From the NCBI GenBank assembly GCA_963422765.1, contig OY730490.1, forward strand, positions 1,613,861 to 1,677,860: a DNA stretch of 64,000 nucleotides, written 5' to 3'. Positions 1-11,339 of this stretch are shown here, piece by piece; the first letter of the stretch is position 1, and every line of letters starts with the position of its first letter. The stretch comes from Dehalococcoidia bacterium (GTDB lineage Bacteria; Chloroflexota; Dehalococcoidia; Lucifugimonadales; UBA3495). The notes beneath the pieces were generated by a model, which was not told the origin of the DNA, made no database searches, and worked only from the letters and a program-made list of their open reading frames with translations. A program made the position numbers and the translations under genes.

Positions 1-1223
1 CCGCCGGACTGGTGGCCCAGAAGTTCAACGAACTCCAAATTCCCCACGAGAGCGGCCTGGCCTTGACCGGGCTAAAGGGCCGCATCCCCGGCGGCGCCGG
101 TTCCGGCCCGAGCGTGGCCCTCATCGGTGAACTGGACTCGCTGGTAGTAACCGAGCATCCGCACGCCGACCCGAAGACCGGCGCGGCTCACGCCTGTGGG
201 CACCACTGCCAGATCGGCATGATGCTGGGCGCCACCATAGGCCTGCTGAACCCGGAAGTGCTGAAACAGCTCAGCGGAGAGATAATCCCCTTCGCCGTGC
301 CAGCCGAGGAGTTCATCGAGGTGGAGCAGCGTCTGGAACTGCGCTCACAGAAAAAGCTGGAGTTCCTGGGCGGCAAGCAGGAGCTGATTCGCTTGGGCAG
401 GTTCGACGATGTGGATATCGCCATGATGTGCCACACCGCCAGCGATATGGGCGAGCGCAAGTTCGCCATCGGCGGCACCAGCAACGGACACGTTGTCAAG
501 TATGTGCGCTACACAGGCATCGGGGCCCACGCGGGAAGCTCGCCCCACCGGGGCGTCAATGCCCTCAACGCCGCTTCCTTCGCGTTGCAAGCCATCAATG
601 CCAACCGGGAAACTCACCGGGCCGAGGATACCGTGCGAATCCACGGCATAATGACCAAAGGAGGGGAAGCAGTCAGCGCCGTGCCTGCCGACGTCAAACT
701 GGAATGGCGCGTTCGCTCCTCCACCCCTCAAGTAGTAGTCCGGAATTCGGAGATAGTTGACCGTTGTTTCAAGTCCGGCGCCCTGGCCGTCGGCGCACAG
801 GTGGAAATCACCACTATACCCGGCTATCTCCCAATGCGGAATGACACCCGTCTGCAAGACCTATTCCGAAACAACGCCATCAAGGTAATAGGCGATAAGG
901 CGACGATGGTGATGCCTGCCGGACGCAACCGGGGCGGCTCCACCGATATGGGCGACTTGTCTCAACTGATTCCTGCGATACATCCCTATACCGGAGGCGC
1001 CACTGGTCCGGGCCACAGCAAGAGCTACGTCATTACAGACTACGAAATGGCGGTCATCAACCCCGCAAAAATCATGGCAATGGTGGCGATTGACCTGCTG
1101 GCCGACGGCGCAAAGCAAGCCAAAGAGGTCAAGTCGGCTCACAAAGCAGCAATGTCCCATTCAGCCTACCTGAAGTTCCAGCGCGAACGCGCCAAGACAC
1201 TGCGTTTCGACGGTGGCCTGTAA
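1..1223 (+). CDS. M20-family amidohydrolase/peptidase; 5' end lies outside the window
   Basis: The frame is open from nt 3. HACGHH metal-binding motif, and length and layout typical of M20/M20D amidohydrolases. Confidence 0.6.
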   Translation, partial: AGLVAQKFNELQIPHESGLALTGLKGRIPGGAGSGPSVALIGELDSLVVTEHPHADPKTGAAHACGHHCQIGMMLGATIGLLNPEVLKQLSGEIIPFAVPAEEFIEVEQRLELRSQKKLEFLGGKQELIRLGRFDDVDIAMMCHTASDMGERKFAIGGTSNGHVVKYVRYTGIGAHAGSSPHRGVNALNAASFALQAINANRETHRAEDTVRIHGIMTKGGEAVSAVPADVKLEWRVRSSTPQVVVRNSEIVDRCFKSGALAVGAQVEITTIPGYLPMRNDTRLQDLFRNNAIKVIGDKATMVMPAGRNRGGSTDMGDLSQLIPAIHPYTGGATGPGHSKSYVITDYEMAVINPAKIMAMVAIDLLADGAKQAKEVKSAHKAAMSHSAYLKFQRERAKTLRFDGGL

Positions 1224-1295
1224 GTTCCATACCCCAGACGGAGAACCAAGGGAAGAGGGCTGCGGTCAGGGCATTTCTTTCGCATTATCCTTCCG

Positions 1296-1934
1296 CTAAG
1301 CGCCCATCGCCCACATAGCCGTCCCCGCGATAATCGGGATGGTCAGGTTGTCGTCCGGCGGAATGCCTGCCAGTTCCACCAAGGCGGCAATAACGGCCCC
1401 AACCCAAAGCGCCCAGTGATATTCAATGGCTCCGAAGGCCAGCAGCACGCTCGCGGCGGCCGCCCCTGCGACAGCGAAAGCCGCAGCTCCTCCGGGCGAC
1501 TTGCCCATCAATCGCGGCCCCGGCATTCTTCGCCCCACAATCGCCGCCACCGGATCTCCCAGCGACAGGAAAAACATTACCGGAACTCCGACGTCCTTGC
1601 CGTAGAGCCAGAAAATCAGCAACGCAGCTACCAGCATATATGTCGCGCCGGTAATGTGCGATTCCTCGTCGCTCTTGAGCAGCGGGGCCATCCAGCGCAG
1701 GTAAACACGGTTGAGCGGGCCGATGCCGAATCTAGCCAGATCCAACGCCAGCGCTACCGCAGCTAACACTGCCAGCGCCAGGGTCAGGCCGTTTTCCGGT
1801 GCGAATATGCCGGCGATGGGTATGGTGGAGCCGGCGAAAACGTGAAACAGGCGCCGCCACATCTTTGGCTGGGCGGTTGGCCCAATGCGCCGCTCGCCTC
1901 CAAAAATCACCAGTCTAGCGAATCGCTGCAACAA
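1296..1934 (-). CDS. Polytopic membrane protein, phosphatidate cytidylyltransferase/dolichol-kinase-like
   Basis: 212 aa with multiple hydrophobic helices. C-terminal GDPVAAIVGRR-type motif resembles the CTP-transferase 1 superfamily. Confidence 0.4.
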   Translation of the reverse strand: MLQRFARLVIFGGERRIGPTAQPKMWRRLFHVFAGSTIPIAGIFAPENGLTLALAVLAAVALALDLARFGIGPLNRVYLRWMAPLLKSDEESHITGATYMLVAALLIFWLYGKDVGVPVMFFLSLGDPVAAIVGRRMPGPRLMGKSPGGAAAFAVAGAAAASVLLAFGAIEYHWALWVGAVIAALVELAGIPPDDNLTIPIIAGTAMWAMGA

Positions 1935-2030
1935 GGCCTAACCTTCGCGGGAAGTTACGCCGCACCACCCGCCGGTAAATAGAGGCTAAGCCCCTTTACA
2001 GGCTCAGGGAAGAACAGGCGCGGGGAAGCG

Positions 2031-2942
2031 CTAGAAACGGATAGTGATGGAGTCGCCGGCCCTCCAGCGCATATTGCGGAACTCGGTGCCGGCGGGAGCC
2101 TCAAAGACGATGTAACCATCCAGCCCATGTCCCTTCTGCAGCTCAAAGGATCCATGCAGGAACAGCACCGACCGGGCAGCGACATCGGACTCCTGACCGG
2201 GGGACGCCACCTGAATCTCCGCCGGCCACTCGCGGTATTCCGGCCCTCCGCATACGTATGGGTAGTTTCCGGGCTGACCGAATATGTGAGAGGCGGAATC
2301 TCCGGGGCCGAGCTCAGCCCTTCCGTTCAGGCCAAGGGCGATTGACTCATCCTCGAAAGCCACGTATTGCCCGGCCTCGGCCTCGCTCTGCCATTGGACT
2401 GTGGTTCCCGGGTCAATCAGGGCGCGGGATCCATCAAAACATTGTCCGAGGTTTACACGAACCAGAGCCTCGGATTCGCCGCGAAAGTCCTGCCAGACGG
2501 TCTCGGGCACCGGAATGGGCCGGTAGCTGGCATTGGCGAAATCACGCAGTTCGGCGGCGGAGCGGTCAATGTTGATGATGGCGCTGACCGCGGTGTGATT
2601 CTCCACCTTGAGCCGCGCCAGCACCAACTCTGCATCCGGCTCAGAGGGGGATAGACTCCAGTGGCGAATCACCTGGCTAGGGTCAATCGTGGAGTAGCGA
2701 AGCTCGGGTAAACGCTCCAGGCTGACCACGCTGACGTGCAGCGTCCTGCCCTGGAAATACTGTCCGAAGCTGGAAGGATCAGAGGAACAGCCCGCCATTC
2801 CAGTCAGCGCGAGAGCCAGCAGCGCAATTGCGATGGGCAACCCCGGGGCCTTGACAAAGCCTGGGGCGGAACGCAGGAACTGCTCGCCTTCCGCCTCTGA
2901 GAAGGCCGGGTTGCCGCGCTTTTCCTTGTTTGCGAAAATCAA
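2031..2942 (-). CDS. Lipoprotein of unknown function (DUF4352-like beta domain suspected)
   Basis: Signal peptide with lipobox LTGMAGC. The 4-nt overlap with the upstream cysteine desulfurase gene suggests co-transcription. Confidence 0.4.
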   Translation of the reverse strand: MIFANKEKRGNPAFSEAEGEQFLRSAPGFVKAPGLPIAIALLALALTGMAGCSSDPSSFGQYFQGRTLHVSVVSLERLPELRYSTIDPSQVIRHWSLSPSEPDAELVLARLKVENHTAVSAIINIDRSAAELRDFANASYRPIPVPETVWQDFRGESEALVRVNLGQCFDGSRALIDPGTTVQWQSEAEAGQYVAFEDESIALGLNGRAELGPGDSASHIFGQPGNYPYVCGGPEYREWPAEIQVASPGQESDVAARSVLFLHGSFELQKGHGLDGYIVFEAPAGTEFRNMRWRAGDSITIRF

Positions 2943-4171
2943 GGTCGGGCAGTGGTCAGGCTGGGAAGTTTACGCAGACGCTCCACGAGGTCGGGCAGCA
3001 CTTCCAGCAGATAATCAACTTGTTCTGAGGTGTTATCCTTGCCAAGCGTAAGGCGCAGGCTGCCCCGAGCAACCTCCGCCGACTGCCCCAAGGCCAGCAA
3101 GACGTGGGAGGGTTCGAGGGAGCCGGAACTGCACGCGCTCCCGCTGGAGGCAGCGATGCCGGCCATATCCAGCCCCAGTAGTATCGGCTCGCCTTCGATT
3201 CCTGAAAAGGAGAAATTCGCGTTGTTGGGCAGCCGCCGGGTGGCATGGCCGTTGAGCTTGCTGCCAGGCACTCGCTCCAGCACCTGCTCAACGATACGAT
3301 CACGCAGGGCAGCGCATCGGCGGCTATTCTCCTCCCGCTGAATGTTGGCGGTCTCCAGCGCCACGGAAAGGCCGACGATACCTGGAATGTTTTCGGTGCC
3401 TGAGCGCCGCTCCCGCTCCTGGCCGCCTCCCAGTATGAAAGGCAGGAACGCAGTCCCGCGGCGAATGAAGAGGACACCGGTTCCCTTGGGTCCATGGAAC
3501 TTATGGCCCGACAGGCTGAGCAGGTCTACTCCCAGCTTCTGCACGTCAAGGTCCAGGTATCCGGCGGCCTGCACCGCATCGGTATGCAACACGATGGTGC
3601 GGGAAAGCTCAGCAGCCCGTTGCTTCACTACTGCCGAGATCTCCGATATCGGGTTGATTACGCCAATCTCATTGTTCGCGTACATCACGGACACCAGCGT
3701 GGTCTGCCCGGTAATCGCCCGGAATACCGTTTCCGGCTGTACTATACCGTTGGTGTCCACTGGCAGATAGGTGACTTCGTAGCCCTGAGATTCCAGGTGC
3801 TGGCAGGTGTGCAGAACCGCGTGATGCTCCACACCGGAAGTGATGATATGGTTTCCGGTCTCTTGCAGGGCGGTGGCGACGCCCACGATAGCGGCGTTGT
3901 CCGATTCGGTGCCGCCGCCGGTGAACACCACCTCGCGGGGGCGGCAGTTAAGTTCCCGCGCCACCCGCTCCCGGGCTTCATCCAGAGCGTAACGAGCCCC
4001 CTGCCCCACGGTGTGGATACTGGAAGGGTTGCCGAACAGCTCCGTGAAATACGGGGTCATCGCCCGCAACACTTCCGGCGCCAGGGGAGTGGTGCCTGCG
4101 TGGTCCATGTAGACTATGCCGCCAGTGTTCCGGTTCTGCGTCATCCTTGCTGCTTCTGCCGCTTGTCGCAT
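2939..4171 (-). CDS. Cysteine desulfurase, NifS/IscS family (PLP-dependent)
   Basis: [13 protein letters not shown]-lysine motif and SSGSACSSG active-site Cys loop. Confidence 0.85.
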   Translation of the reverse strand: MRQAAEAARMTQNRNTGGIVYMDHAGTTPLAPEVLRAMTPYFTELFGNPSSIHTVGQGARYALDEARERVARELNCRPREVVFTGGGTESDNAAIVGVATALQETGNHIITSGVEHHAVLHTCQHLESQGYEVTYLPVDTNGIVQPETVFRAITGQTTLVSVMYANNEIGVINPISEISAVVKQRAAELSRTIVLHTDAVQAAGYLDLDVQKLGVDLLSLSGHKFHGPKGTGVLFIRRGTAFLPFILGGGQERERRSGTENIPGIVGLSVALETANIQREENSRRCAALRDRIVEQVLERVPGSKLNGHATRRLPNNANFSFSGIEGEPILLGLDMAGIAASSGSACSSGSLEPSHVLLALGQSAEVARGSLRLTLGKDNTSEQVDYLLEVLPDLVERLRKLPSLTTARP

Positions 4172-4388
4172 ATCTGAGGTTACGCCCCTATTTTAGCACA
4201 GCCGGGCCCAATATATGACATTCTCAACACGTGCGGGCAATGAGAGTTGCCTGATGCTCAGACTGTCATTCCCGCTTTCATCTTCACCCAAACAGCGCGG
4301 TCAAACAGCGCGGTTGTCTGCCATAACCAACGCGCGTTGAGAGCGCCAGGAATACCCTCTCGCCTGAAGGCGCCCCGGGCAACGGCGC

Positions 4389-5138
4389 CTATGTCTTCTG
4401 GGGGTAACTTCTGGTGGCGACGGAGAACAGGAACGCGCCAACCACCACAGCCCAGATGCCGTCCACCAAGTTGACCAGCGCAGCGAACACGGCTCCGCCA
4501 ACTACCATCAGCAACCCCACCCCCTGGCCACAGCGGGCGGCGACTTGCGTCGCTCTAACCAGGCTGCCGGATTCCGCCCATATAATGGCGCGCAGCACCC
4601 GGCCTCCGTCGAGAGGAAAGCCGGGGATCATATTAAACAGGCCAACGCTAAAATTGCCCCAGGCCAGCAGCAGGGCCACCATCTCAACAGGTGAGACAAC
4701 CCTTGCCGACCACGGCCAGTTGCCCGGGTTCAACCCCAGCAGAACTCCGCCGGCCACCACCGCCAGCGCGATGCTGGTCATCGGCCCCACCACCGAAATC
4801 AGGAACTCATCCGACGGCCGATCAGGTTCGCGGGCCAAATGGGAAACGCCGCCGAATATGAACAGCGTGATTCCCAGTACCCGTATCCCGCGGCTGAGGG
4901 CCACCAGGCTGTGAGAAAGCTCGTGGGCCAGCACAGAGAGAAAAAACAGCACCACAGTAATAATGGCAACTGTCCACTGCTGCGCCACCGGCCAGCGCAG
5001 CGACGAGGCATCGAAGCGGTTGACCAACAGGTAGGTCAGCAACAGGAAAACGATGACCCAAGTAATGTTGATTTCGACCGGAATACCGAAGACCCGGCAC
5101 AAGCGAAGGGATTTTCCCATACGCTCTCGCGCTTTCAC
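4389..5138 (-). CDS. Site-2 protease family (M50) membrane metalloprotease
   Basis: HELSHSL (HExxH) in a TM helix, a downstream NMIPGFPLDGG motif, and several TM segments. Confidence 0.75.
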   Translation of the reverse strand: MKARERMGKSLRLCRVFGIPVEINITWVIVFLLLTYLLVNRFDASSLRWPVAQQWTVAIITVVLFFLSVLAHELSHSLVALSRGIRVLGITLFIFGGVSHLAREPDRPSDEFLISVVGPMTSIALAVVAGGVLLGLNPGNWPWSARVVSPVEMVALLLAWGNFSVGLFNMIPGFPLDGGRVLRAIIWAESGSLVRATQVAARCGQGVGLLMVVGGAVFAALVNLVDGIWAVVVGAFLFSVATRSYPQKT

Positions 5139-5183
5139 TCCAAAGACAGGTTTATGCCTTAGAATAGCAGACTGCGCGCAGAA

Positions 5184-6152
5184 TCAGCAGAGGGTCGAGT
5201 AGGCGGAGAGCTTGGCGACCAACCGGGCGGCAGTGTAGGAGCAGGCGACCGGGCCTTCTGCGGGAGACAGTTCGCACACATCGAAACCGACAATTCGCCG
5301 CGATTCGCCAATCCGCCGCAACAGCGACGTTACCTGAATCCAGTTCAGGCCGCCGGGCTCCGGCGTTCCCACCGCAGACATCAGCGAGGGGTCAAACACG
5401 TCCAGGTCAACGCTGACGTATACATCATCGCCCAGCGCAGCCAGTATGTCGCCGGCGGGCAGAGGGCTGCCGTCCGGCGGGCATTGCCAGGCAGAGATGC
5501 TGTTGTCGCGGATGAAGTCGCGCTCTTCGAGACAGAGACTGCGGACGCCGGCCAATACGATAGGGCAGTGTTCAAACACCCGCCGCGCTCCTGACGCGTG
5601 TCCCCAAGGCGTGCCTTGGTATTGGTCTCGAAGGTCGGCGTGGGCGTCCAAGTATAAAACGCTCAGGGAAGGGCAGGCTTCGAAGTGGGCCTGAACGCTG
5701 CCTGCAGTCAGGGAGTGTTCGCCGCCCAAAACGCCAACAGCGCGACCGGGGTTAATACAGGAGGCCACCGCTTCCCGCACCCGCTGCGTCATAGGGCCGG
5801 GGCCGCCCATGTGCGGCTCCAGAGCGGGCGTGGTGTGGATACCCAGCGCGGCCACGTCCAGATCCAGCTCCGGGTCATAGTCTTCCATCTGTCCGGAGGC
5901 GGCTATGATGGCCGCCGGGCCGTCCCGCGCGCCGCCCCGGTACGACGTGGTGCTGTCGTACGGAACAGGAATGAGGACCACCCGGGCGGTTTCCAAGGCA
6001 GACTGCTCTGGGGGCAGGGCGAGAAATCCGGGGTAAATCCACGGAATCCCGGAAGCGCGTTCCCGATCCGTTTCACCCACGGCCAATCTCAGGCCTGTCA
6101 GTGGCAAGAGCGGCCCGTTGCGCCTGGGATTCCGCCAATCCTTGACCCTCAT
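5184..6152 (-). CDS. speB: Agmatinase (ureohydrolase family)
   Basis: GGEHSLT, DAHADLRD and SVDLDVFDPS Mn-binding motifs. The true start may lie downstream, because the ORF overlaps the speH 3' end by 80 nt. Confidence 0.75.
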   Translation of the reverse strand: MRVKDWRNPRRNGPLLPLTGLRLAVGETDRERASGIPWIYPGFLALPPEQSALETARVVLIPVPYDSTTSYRGGARDGPAAIIAASGQMEDYDPELDLDVAALGIHTTPALEPHMGGPGPMTQRVREAVASCINPGRAVGVLGGEHSLTAGSVQAHFEACPSLSVLYLDAHADLRDQYQGTPWGHASGARRVFEHCPIVLAGVRSLCLEERDFIRDNSISAWQCPPDGSPLPAGDILAALGDDVYVSVDLDVFDPSLMSAVGTPEPGGLNWIQVTSLLRRIGESRRIVGFDVCELSPAEGPVACSYTAARLVAKLSAYSTLC

Positions 6153-6504
6153 CCAGCCATTCCAGGCCCCGGTCTAGCAACCATGTCTGGGTGTCGTCGA
6201 GGTCAAACAGCTTCTTGGCGTCTTCGAGGGCACGGTCATGGTCGAAGGGCCGGCAGGAGAAGATGTCTATGTTGACGTAGCTCTTGCGGGGGAAGGTATG
6301 GATGCTGATATGGCTCTCGGCGATGATAACAAAGCCGGAAACGCCGGAATCCTCAGACTTTGGCGCCTCATACGCCAAAACGCGGGGTTCGGTAATTCGG
6401 GTCATTTCCAGGGATTCCGGGTAATCGGTCAAGAATTGACGGACCAGATCTTCGTCCCACATCTTGCTCGTATTTCCACCGAATCCGTCAATCACCAGGT
6501 GCAT
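6073..6504 (-). CDS. speH: S-adenosylmethionine decarboxylase proenzyme (pyruvoyl, class 1)
   Basis: ESHISIHTFP self-processing motif. The ATG at 6504 is preceded by GGAGGTGAA. The longer track ORF (to 6627) has no RBS. Confidence 0.8.
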   Translation of the reverse strand: MHLVIDGFGGNTSKMWDEDLVRQFLTDYPESLEMTRITEPRVLAYEAPKSEDSGVSGFVIIAESHISIHTFPRKSYVNIDIFSCRPFDHDRALEDAKKLFDLDDTQTWLLDRGLEWLDEGQGLAESQAQRAALATDRPEIGRG

Positions 6505-6670
6505 TTCACCTCCAGGCGCCGTCCTGAGAAAGGCAACGGCAATTTGTGATAGTTGGCAAAACCAGTTGTATACAATATCATTTGGCGCGTTCGGGTACAA
6601 ATAGTAACTGATATACTCCCGCCTCAACCCTTTCCCAGAGGGATAGGAAACAGGCGAGACAGGGATAACT

Positions 6671-7618
6671 ATGCAGCCTTCGATGATTCAGGCCAGCGGT
6701 GTTACCCATTATTACGGGCCATATCCGGCCATCCAGGACGTAAGTTTCGACGTAAGAAAGGGCGAAGTCCTCGGGTTTTTGGGGCCTAACGGCGCCGGCA
6801 AGACCACTACCATGCGCATTTTGACCGGCTTCCTGCCGCCATCCCGCGGCTCAGTGAGTCTCGACGGATTCGACGTTGTGGAGAAGTCCCTGGAAGTGCG
6901 AAAGCGGGTAGGCTATCTGCCGGAAACGGTGCCTCTCTACACGGATATGACGGTAACCAGCTATCTAAAATACATGGGAACGCTGCGGGGAATGCCTGCC
7001 TCGCGCCTCCGCGCCCGCTGGGGGGAGGTCATAGAAATTTGTCGCCTGGGGGACTACCGCAAGACCCAGATTGGCAAGCTCTCCAAGGGATTCCGGCAGC
7101 GCGTCGGCATCGCTCAGGCCATCATCCATGAGCCGGAAGTGCTGGTGCTGGACGAGCCGACTATCGGCATAGACCCCATCCAAGTAGTCGAGACCCGCAA
7201 CCTGATCCAAGAACTGGGCCGCGCCCAGACGGTGGTGCTGAGCAGCCACATCCTGCCCGAAGTCAGCATGATCTGCGAGCGCGTGCTTATCATCCATGAG
7301 GGGCGAATCGTCGCGGAAGACACCCCACAGAATCTGGCCGACTCCCTCCAGGGCGTTGAGCGGCTGGAAGTGGAGGTCGCCGGCCCGTCCGCCGAGGTAT
7401 TGCCCGTGTTGCAGAAAATAGACGGGGTTATCACCGTCAGCCACCGCAACCTCCAAGGCCGCCACACCTACATCATCCAGGCGCGGCCGGGCCGCGACCT
7501 TCGGGACGAAATCTCCCGGTCTGTAATCAGCAACGGCTGGAGCCTGCGGGGGATGCAGTTAATGGGCATGAGCCTGGAAGAAATTTTCCTGCGCTTGACC
7601 ACGAAAGAGGACTTGTAG
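6671..7618 (+). CDS. ABC transporter ATP-binding protein (ABC-2/GldA-like)
   Basis: Walker A GPNGAGKTT, signature LSKGFRQR, Walker B VLVLDEPT. Confidence 0.85.
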   Translation: MQPSMIQASGVTHYYGPYPAIQDVSFDVRKGEVLGFLGPNGAGKTTTMRILTGFLPPSRGSVSLDGFDVVEKSLEVRKRVGYLPETVPLYTDMTVTSYLKYMGTLRGMPASRLRARWGEVIEICRLGDYRKTQIGKLSKGFRQRVGIAQAIIHEPEVLVLDEPTIGIDPIQVVETRNLIQELGRAQTVVLSSHILPEVSMICERVLIIHEGRIVAEDTPQNLADSLQGVERLEVEVAGPSAEVLPVLQKIDGVITVSHRNLQGRHTYIIQARPGRDLRDEISRSVISNGWSLRGMQLMGMSLEEIFLRLTTKEDL

Positions 7619-7620
7619 CC

Positions 7621-8334
7621 ATGCGAACTGTCCGGGCAGTGGCCTGGAAGGAAATCCAGATTTTTTTCCTGAGCCCCACGGCATACATCGTCGGCCTGAT
7701 TTTTCTGGCCCTGACCGGATTCTTCTTTACCATAGACTTGGGAGATCCTTTCCCCGAAGCCACCCTCAGCCCCTTCTTTCAGTGGACAGTGGTTATTTTA
7801 ATCCTCCTGGCTCCCACTCTGACCATGCGTCTGATTGCCGAGGAGTCAAAGCTGGGAACCATCGAGTTGCTGCTCACTTCTCCGGTAAGAGACTGGGAGA
7901 TAATACTCGGCAAGTATCTTGCCAGCGTGGTTTTCCTATTGTTCCTGCTGGCTATGACAGGTTTTTACGTCATCCTGCTGTTCGTATTCGCCAGCCCGGA
8001 TTCGGGGCCGGTATATGCCGGATACGTAGGGCTGGCGTTGTATGGAGCGGCGGCTCTTGCGGTCGGAATGCTGACTTCCACTCTAACCAATAATCAGATC
8101 GTAGCCGCAGTTGTGGCAATGGGCATCCTTCTGGTGATGTTCTTCACTTATCAGGCGGCCGACGTTGTTGGCGGAATTCCCGGGGAAATCATAGTTGAGT
8201 TGGGTATGAAGACCCACTTCGACGACTTCGATAGGGGCGTCATAGACACCAAGCATATCATTTACTATCTCAGCGTCATCACCTTCTTCCTCTTTCTGTC
8301 GGTGCGCGCGCTGGAATCGCGGCGGTGGCGATAG
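7621..8334 (+). CDS. ABC-2 type transporter permease (GldF-like)
   Basis: 237 aa with 6 predicted TM helices. It starts 3 nt after the ATPase gene. Confidence 0.7.
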   Translation: MRTVRAVAWKEIQIFFLSPTAYIVGLIFLALTGFFFTIDLGDPFPEATLSPFFQWTVVILILLAPTLTMRLIAEESKLGTIELLLTSPVRDWEIILGKYLASVVFLLFLLAMTGFYVILLFVFASPDSGPVYAGYVGLALYGAAALAVGMLTSTLTNNQIVAAVVAMGILLVMFFTYQAADVVGGIPGEIIVELGMKTHFDDFDRGVIDTKHIIYYLSVITFFLFLSVRALESRRWR

Positions 8335-8335
8335 C

Positions 8336-10255
8336 ATGGCGAGCAGACAGGATGAAGGCCCCCGCGACTGGCGACGCAGGCGACGTAACCGTCCCGCCCA
8401 AGAACGGCCAGCGCAGAGCGAAACCGCCCCAGCCGGGGAACTCGAAGATTCTTCGGCAGTCTCCGGTGAAGAGACGGAGGAACAGGCTTCCCGCACCCTG
8501 ATCAGCTTCCTTGACCCGGCCTTGGATGCCGTCGGCATTTTCGGCGCGCCGCTCCTGATTGCCGGCATCATCGGCTTGGTCACCGGCATCGTAGTCGTCG
8601 CCTTCGTAAGCTCGATGCGGCTGTACGGCTACATTGATATCGCCATCGGAGCGTCTCTCATTGCTCTGGTGGGAGCGGTGTTCATCAGCACCGTAATCGC
8701 CGCTTTCCTGAGCCGCACGGGCCGCTACGGCATCAACACCGTGATTCTGCTGGCGGCGTTCACCGGCACAGTAATCGTGATAAATATAATTTCCTTTCAG
8801 AATACTCAGCGGGTGGACGTTACCGCCACCAACCAGTTCAGCCTTTCGGAGCGCACCAAAGACCTGCTGGGCAGCCTGGAGGATGACATCCGCGCCACCG
8901 CCTTCTACAAGGCGCTGGAAGATACTCCCGACGCCAACGTGGCGGCCCGGCGCAACCGGGTGGCGGACACGCTGGAGGAATTCGACGCCCGTTCCAGCAA
9001 GTTCGCCTACCGGGTCGTGGATCCTGACCTGGAGCCTGGCATCGTGGCCTCCTACTTCGGGGCGCGGCCCACCGGATTCGTCAGCGAGACCGTGGTCATC
9101 GAAAATTTGACTACCGGCGAGTTTGACTCGCTCCAACCCACCGACTTGGCCTTTGGAGAGTTGGAGCAGGATCTAGTCACCAGCATCTACGTCGCCACCG
9201 GGCAGGAGCGGAAGACTATCTATTTCCTCGCCGGACATGGCGAGCGCAACATAGGTAGCGGTAGCGGAGACGGCTACGTTCTTCTGCGACAAGCCCTGGA
9301 ACAGGAAAACTACCAGGCAATGGGGTTGGTCTGGCCGCGAAATGACACCGGGGTGGAAGTGCCCGAAGACGCCGCGTTAGTGGTGGTGGCCGGGCCGACT
9401 TCCGACTTGCCGGACGCCCATGCCCAGGCCCTTGACCTCTACCTGCTGGGGCGAGATGTCGAAGGCCAGCGGCGCCGGGAAAACGGCAGAATGATTTTCC
9501 TGGCTGAACCGGACACCCCGGAATCATGGCGGAGTTTCCTGGTCCAGTGGGGAATCATTCTTTTGCCCGGATACATCCGGGACGTTGAAGCATCGGTGCC
9601 TGGGCTTCCTCAGACGCTGACGCTGAACATGGACTTCAACAACATCGTAAATTTCAATCTGCTGGTCTTGGGGAATAACGAAGCGGCGGCCCAAAACGCC
9701 TTAGAGACGGCCTTTGAAATCATAGCGCCGAAAGGACAGCAGTTGCAGGACGTGTTCATGCCTGACGCCGCCGCGCTCAGCCCTCTTCCCGTTAATGATG
9801 GATCGAGGCTGCCGCTGGCCTTGGCCGTCACCTCGCCCGACAGCTACATTATCGGCGATCCGGCCCGTACCGACCCGATTACCGAGGGCGAGGACGCCGA
9901 CGTGCGAGGCCCCTTCATTCCGGCGATCCTGATGCGATCTGCGGGAAAGGTCGGTATGCCCCTGCCCGAAGAGGGCCCGGCAGATACCGACATCTCGCTG
10001 ATTCTCGCGCTTGGAGACGCCGATTTCGTTGCCAATAACAGCATCGGGCGGGGTAGCAGCCTGGATATGTTCCTCAATTCCACCAACTACCTGCTGGGGG
10101 ACTACTCGCTGGTGTCCATCCGGCCCAAGGCGCTGCCTTGGCGAGAGTTCAATCTGGACCGCAATGAATACGACTTCGTGCGTTTTTCATCATGGTTGTT
10201 TCTGCCGGGCTTGATGGCATTAGCCGCCGGACTGGTCTGGTGGATACGGCGATAG
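8336..10255 (+). CDS. GldG-like ABC-transport auxiliary protein
   Basis: 639 aa with N- and C-terminal TM anchors around a large extracytoplasmic domain. It sits after the ABC-2 ATPase/permease pair, as in gldAFG-type operons. Confidence 0.55.
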   Translation: MASRQDEGPRDWRRRRRNRPAQERPAQSETAPAGELEDSSAVSGEETEEQASRTLISFLDPALDAVGIFGAPLLIAGIIGLVTGIVVVAFVSSMRLYGYIDIAIGASLIALVGAVFISTVIAAFLSRTGRYGINTVILLAAFTGTVIVINIISFQNTQRVDVTATNQFSLSERTKDLLGSLEDDIRATAFYKALEDTPDANVAARRNRVADTLEEFDARSSKFAYRVVDPDLEPGIVASYFGARPTGFVSETVVIENLTTGEFDSLQPTDLAFGELEQDLVTSIYVATGQERKTIYFLAGHGERNIGSGSGDGYVLLRQALEQENYQAMGLVWPRNDTGVEVPEDAALVVVAGPTSDLPDAHAQALDLYLLGRDVEGQRRRENGRMIFLAEPDTPESWRSFLVQWGIILLPGYIRDVEASVPGLPQTLTLNMDFNNIVNFNLLVLGNNEAAAQNALETAFEIIAPKGQQLQDVFMPDAAALSPLPVNDGSRLPLALAVTSPDSYIIGDPARTDPITEGEDADVRGPFIPAILMRSAGKVGMPLPEEGPADTDISLILALGDADFVANNSIGRGSSLDMFLNSTNYLLGDYSLVSIRPKALPWREFNLDRNEYDFVRFSSWLFLPGLMALAAGLVWWIRR

Positions 10256-10310
10256 CGAGGCTATGTACTGCAAGCTCGAGGCGAACGGATTTCGCAGGTC
10301 TGACTGAAGC

Positions 10311-11339
10311 ATGAATGTTAGGCTAACTATTCTGATGGTCGTGATAGTCGCCATTGCCGGGGGCGCCTGGGCCATCATCGAGTTCACCGGCATTGTGACC
10401 CGGGGCGAAGTCAAAGAAGACGAGCCTTGGCTTTACAGCATAGACGAAGGGACCATAGCCCATATCCATGTGACGCACGGCGGAAAGTCGGTAGAGTACG
10501 CCCGCGCTTCGGGAAGCTATCAATGGATGATTCTGGGGGATCCCAACTACCCGGTATTTCAGCAGAAATGGGGCGGAACCCCCCTTCTGCTCAGTGGGCC
10601 AAGGGTCAACCGGGGGCTGAAGGAAACCATCGTGAACCCTGCCGACTACGGACTTGATCCGCCGGAAAGCATCGTTCGCGTGTCTGATTGGTCAGGCAAT
10701 ACTTTCGAATTTCACATGGGCATACCAACGCCCGACGGAGCCAACCAGTACACCAGGCTGGTGGGGGACGATGCCCTTTTCACTCTTCCTTCGGTATGGG
10801 CCGACGTCGTCAATCGTCTGGCTCTGGAACCGCCCTATGGCCGGCTGTTCGACTTGGAATTGGAATTCATCCGGGTGGTGGAGGTCACTGCCGGAGAATC
10901 AACGGCGGTCTACTTCCTGGAAGGCGACCAGTGGCTGGTAACCGAAGGCCCGCCACCGGTGAACCCGGAATCTGCTGCTCCTGTGTCTGAAGCGTGGCCA
11001 AAGTGGCTGGCCGCGCTCGCCGCTCCGCGGATTGACGAGATTGTAGAGCAGCAGGTCAATGACCGAGACACCGAAAAGCTGGCGGAGTATGGGTTTGACG
11101 ACCCCGCAGTGCGTGTGGTCATAGCCCGCCGCGGCCAGGCCGCCATCGAGTTCAACTTGGCCGAAGGACCTCCGGGCAGCGACAGCTACTATGCCAGGAC
11201 GTTAGACTACTCCGATGAAAAGCTATACTTGATGAAGAAGGCGCGGCTGAAAGGCATCGAAGCCCTGGCCTCCAAGCCCCTCGTCTTTCCCGGCTGGCAA
11301 CCGCCCGAAGAACCGGATGAAGATGAGACGCAGAACTGA
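10311..11339 (+). CDS. DUF4340-like exported protein, fourth gene of the GldG-type ABC operon
   Basis: N-terminal TM/signal anchor. The position after the gldG-like gene matches the common DUF4340 association. Confidence 0.45.
   Translation: MNVRLTILMVVIVAIAGGAWAIIEFTGIVTRGEVKEDEPWLYSIDEGTIAHIHVTHGGKSVEYARASGSYQWMILGDPNYPVFQQKWGGTPLLLSGPRVNRGLKETIVNPADYGLDPPESIVRVSDWSGNTFEFHMGIPTPDGANQYTRLVGDDALFTLPSVWADVVNRLALEPPYGRLFDLELEFIRVVEVTAGESTAVYFLEGDQWLVTEGPPPVNPESAAPVSEAWPKWLAALAAPRIDEIVEQQVNDRDTEKLAEYGFDDPAVRVVIARRGQAAIEFNLAEGPPGSDSYYARTLDYSDEKLYLMKKARLKGIEALASKPLVFPGWQPPEEPDEDETQN

Noticed and set aside
6505-6627. 41-residue N-terminal extension of the speH ORF.
   Set aside because: A strong GGAGGTGAA RBS precedes the internal ATG at 6504, and AdoMetDC homology (MHLVIDGFGG...) begins there.
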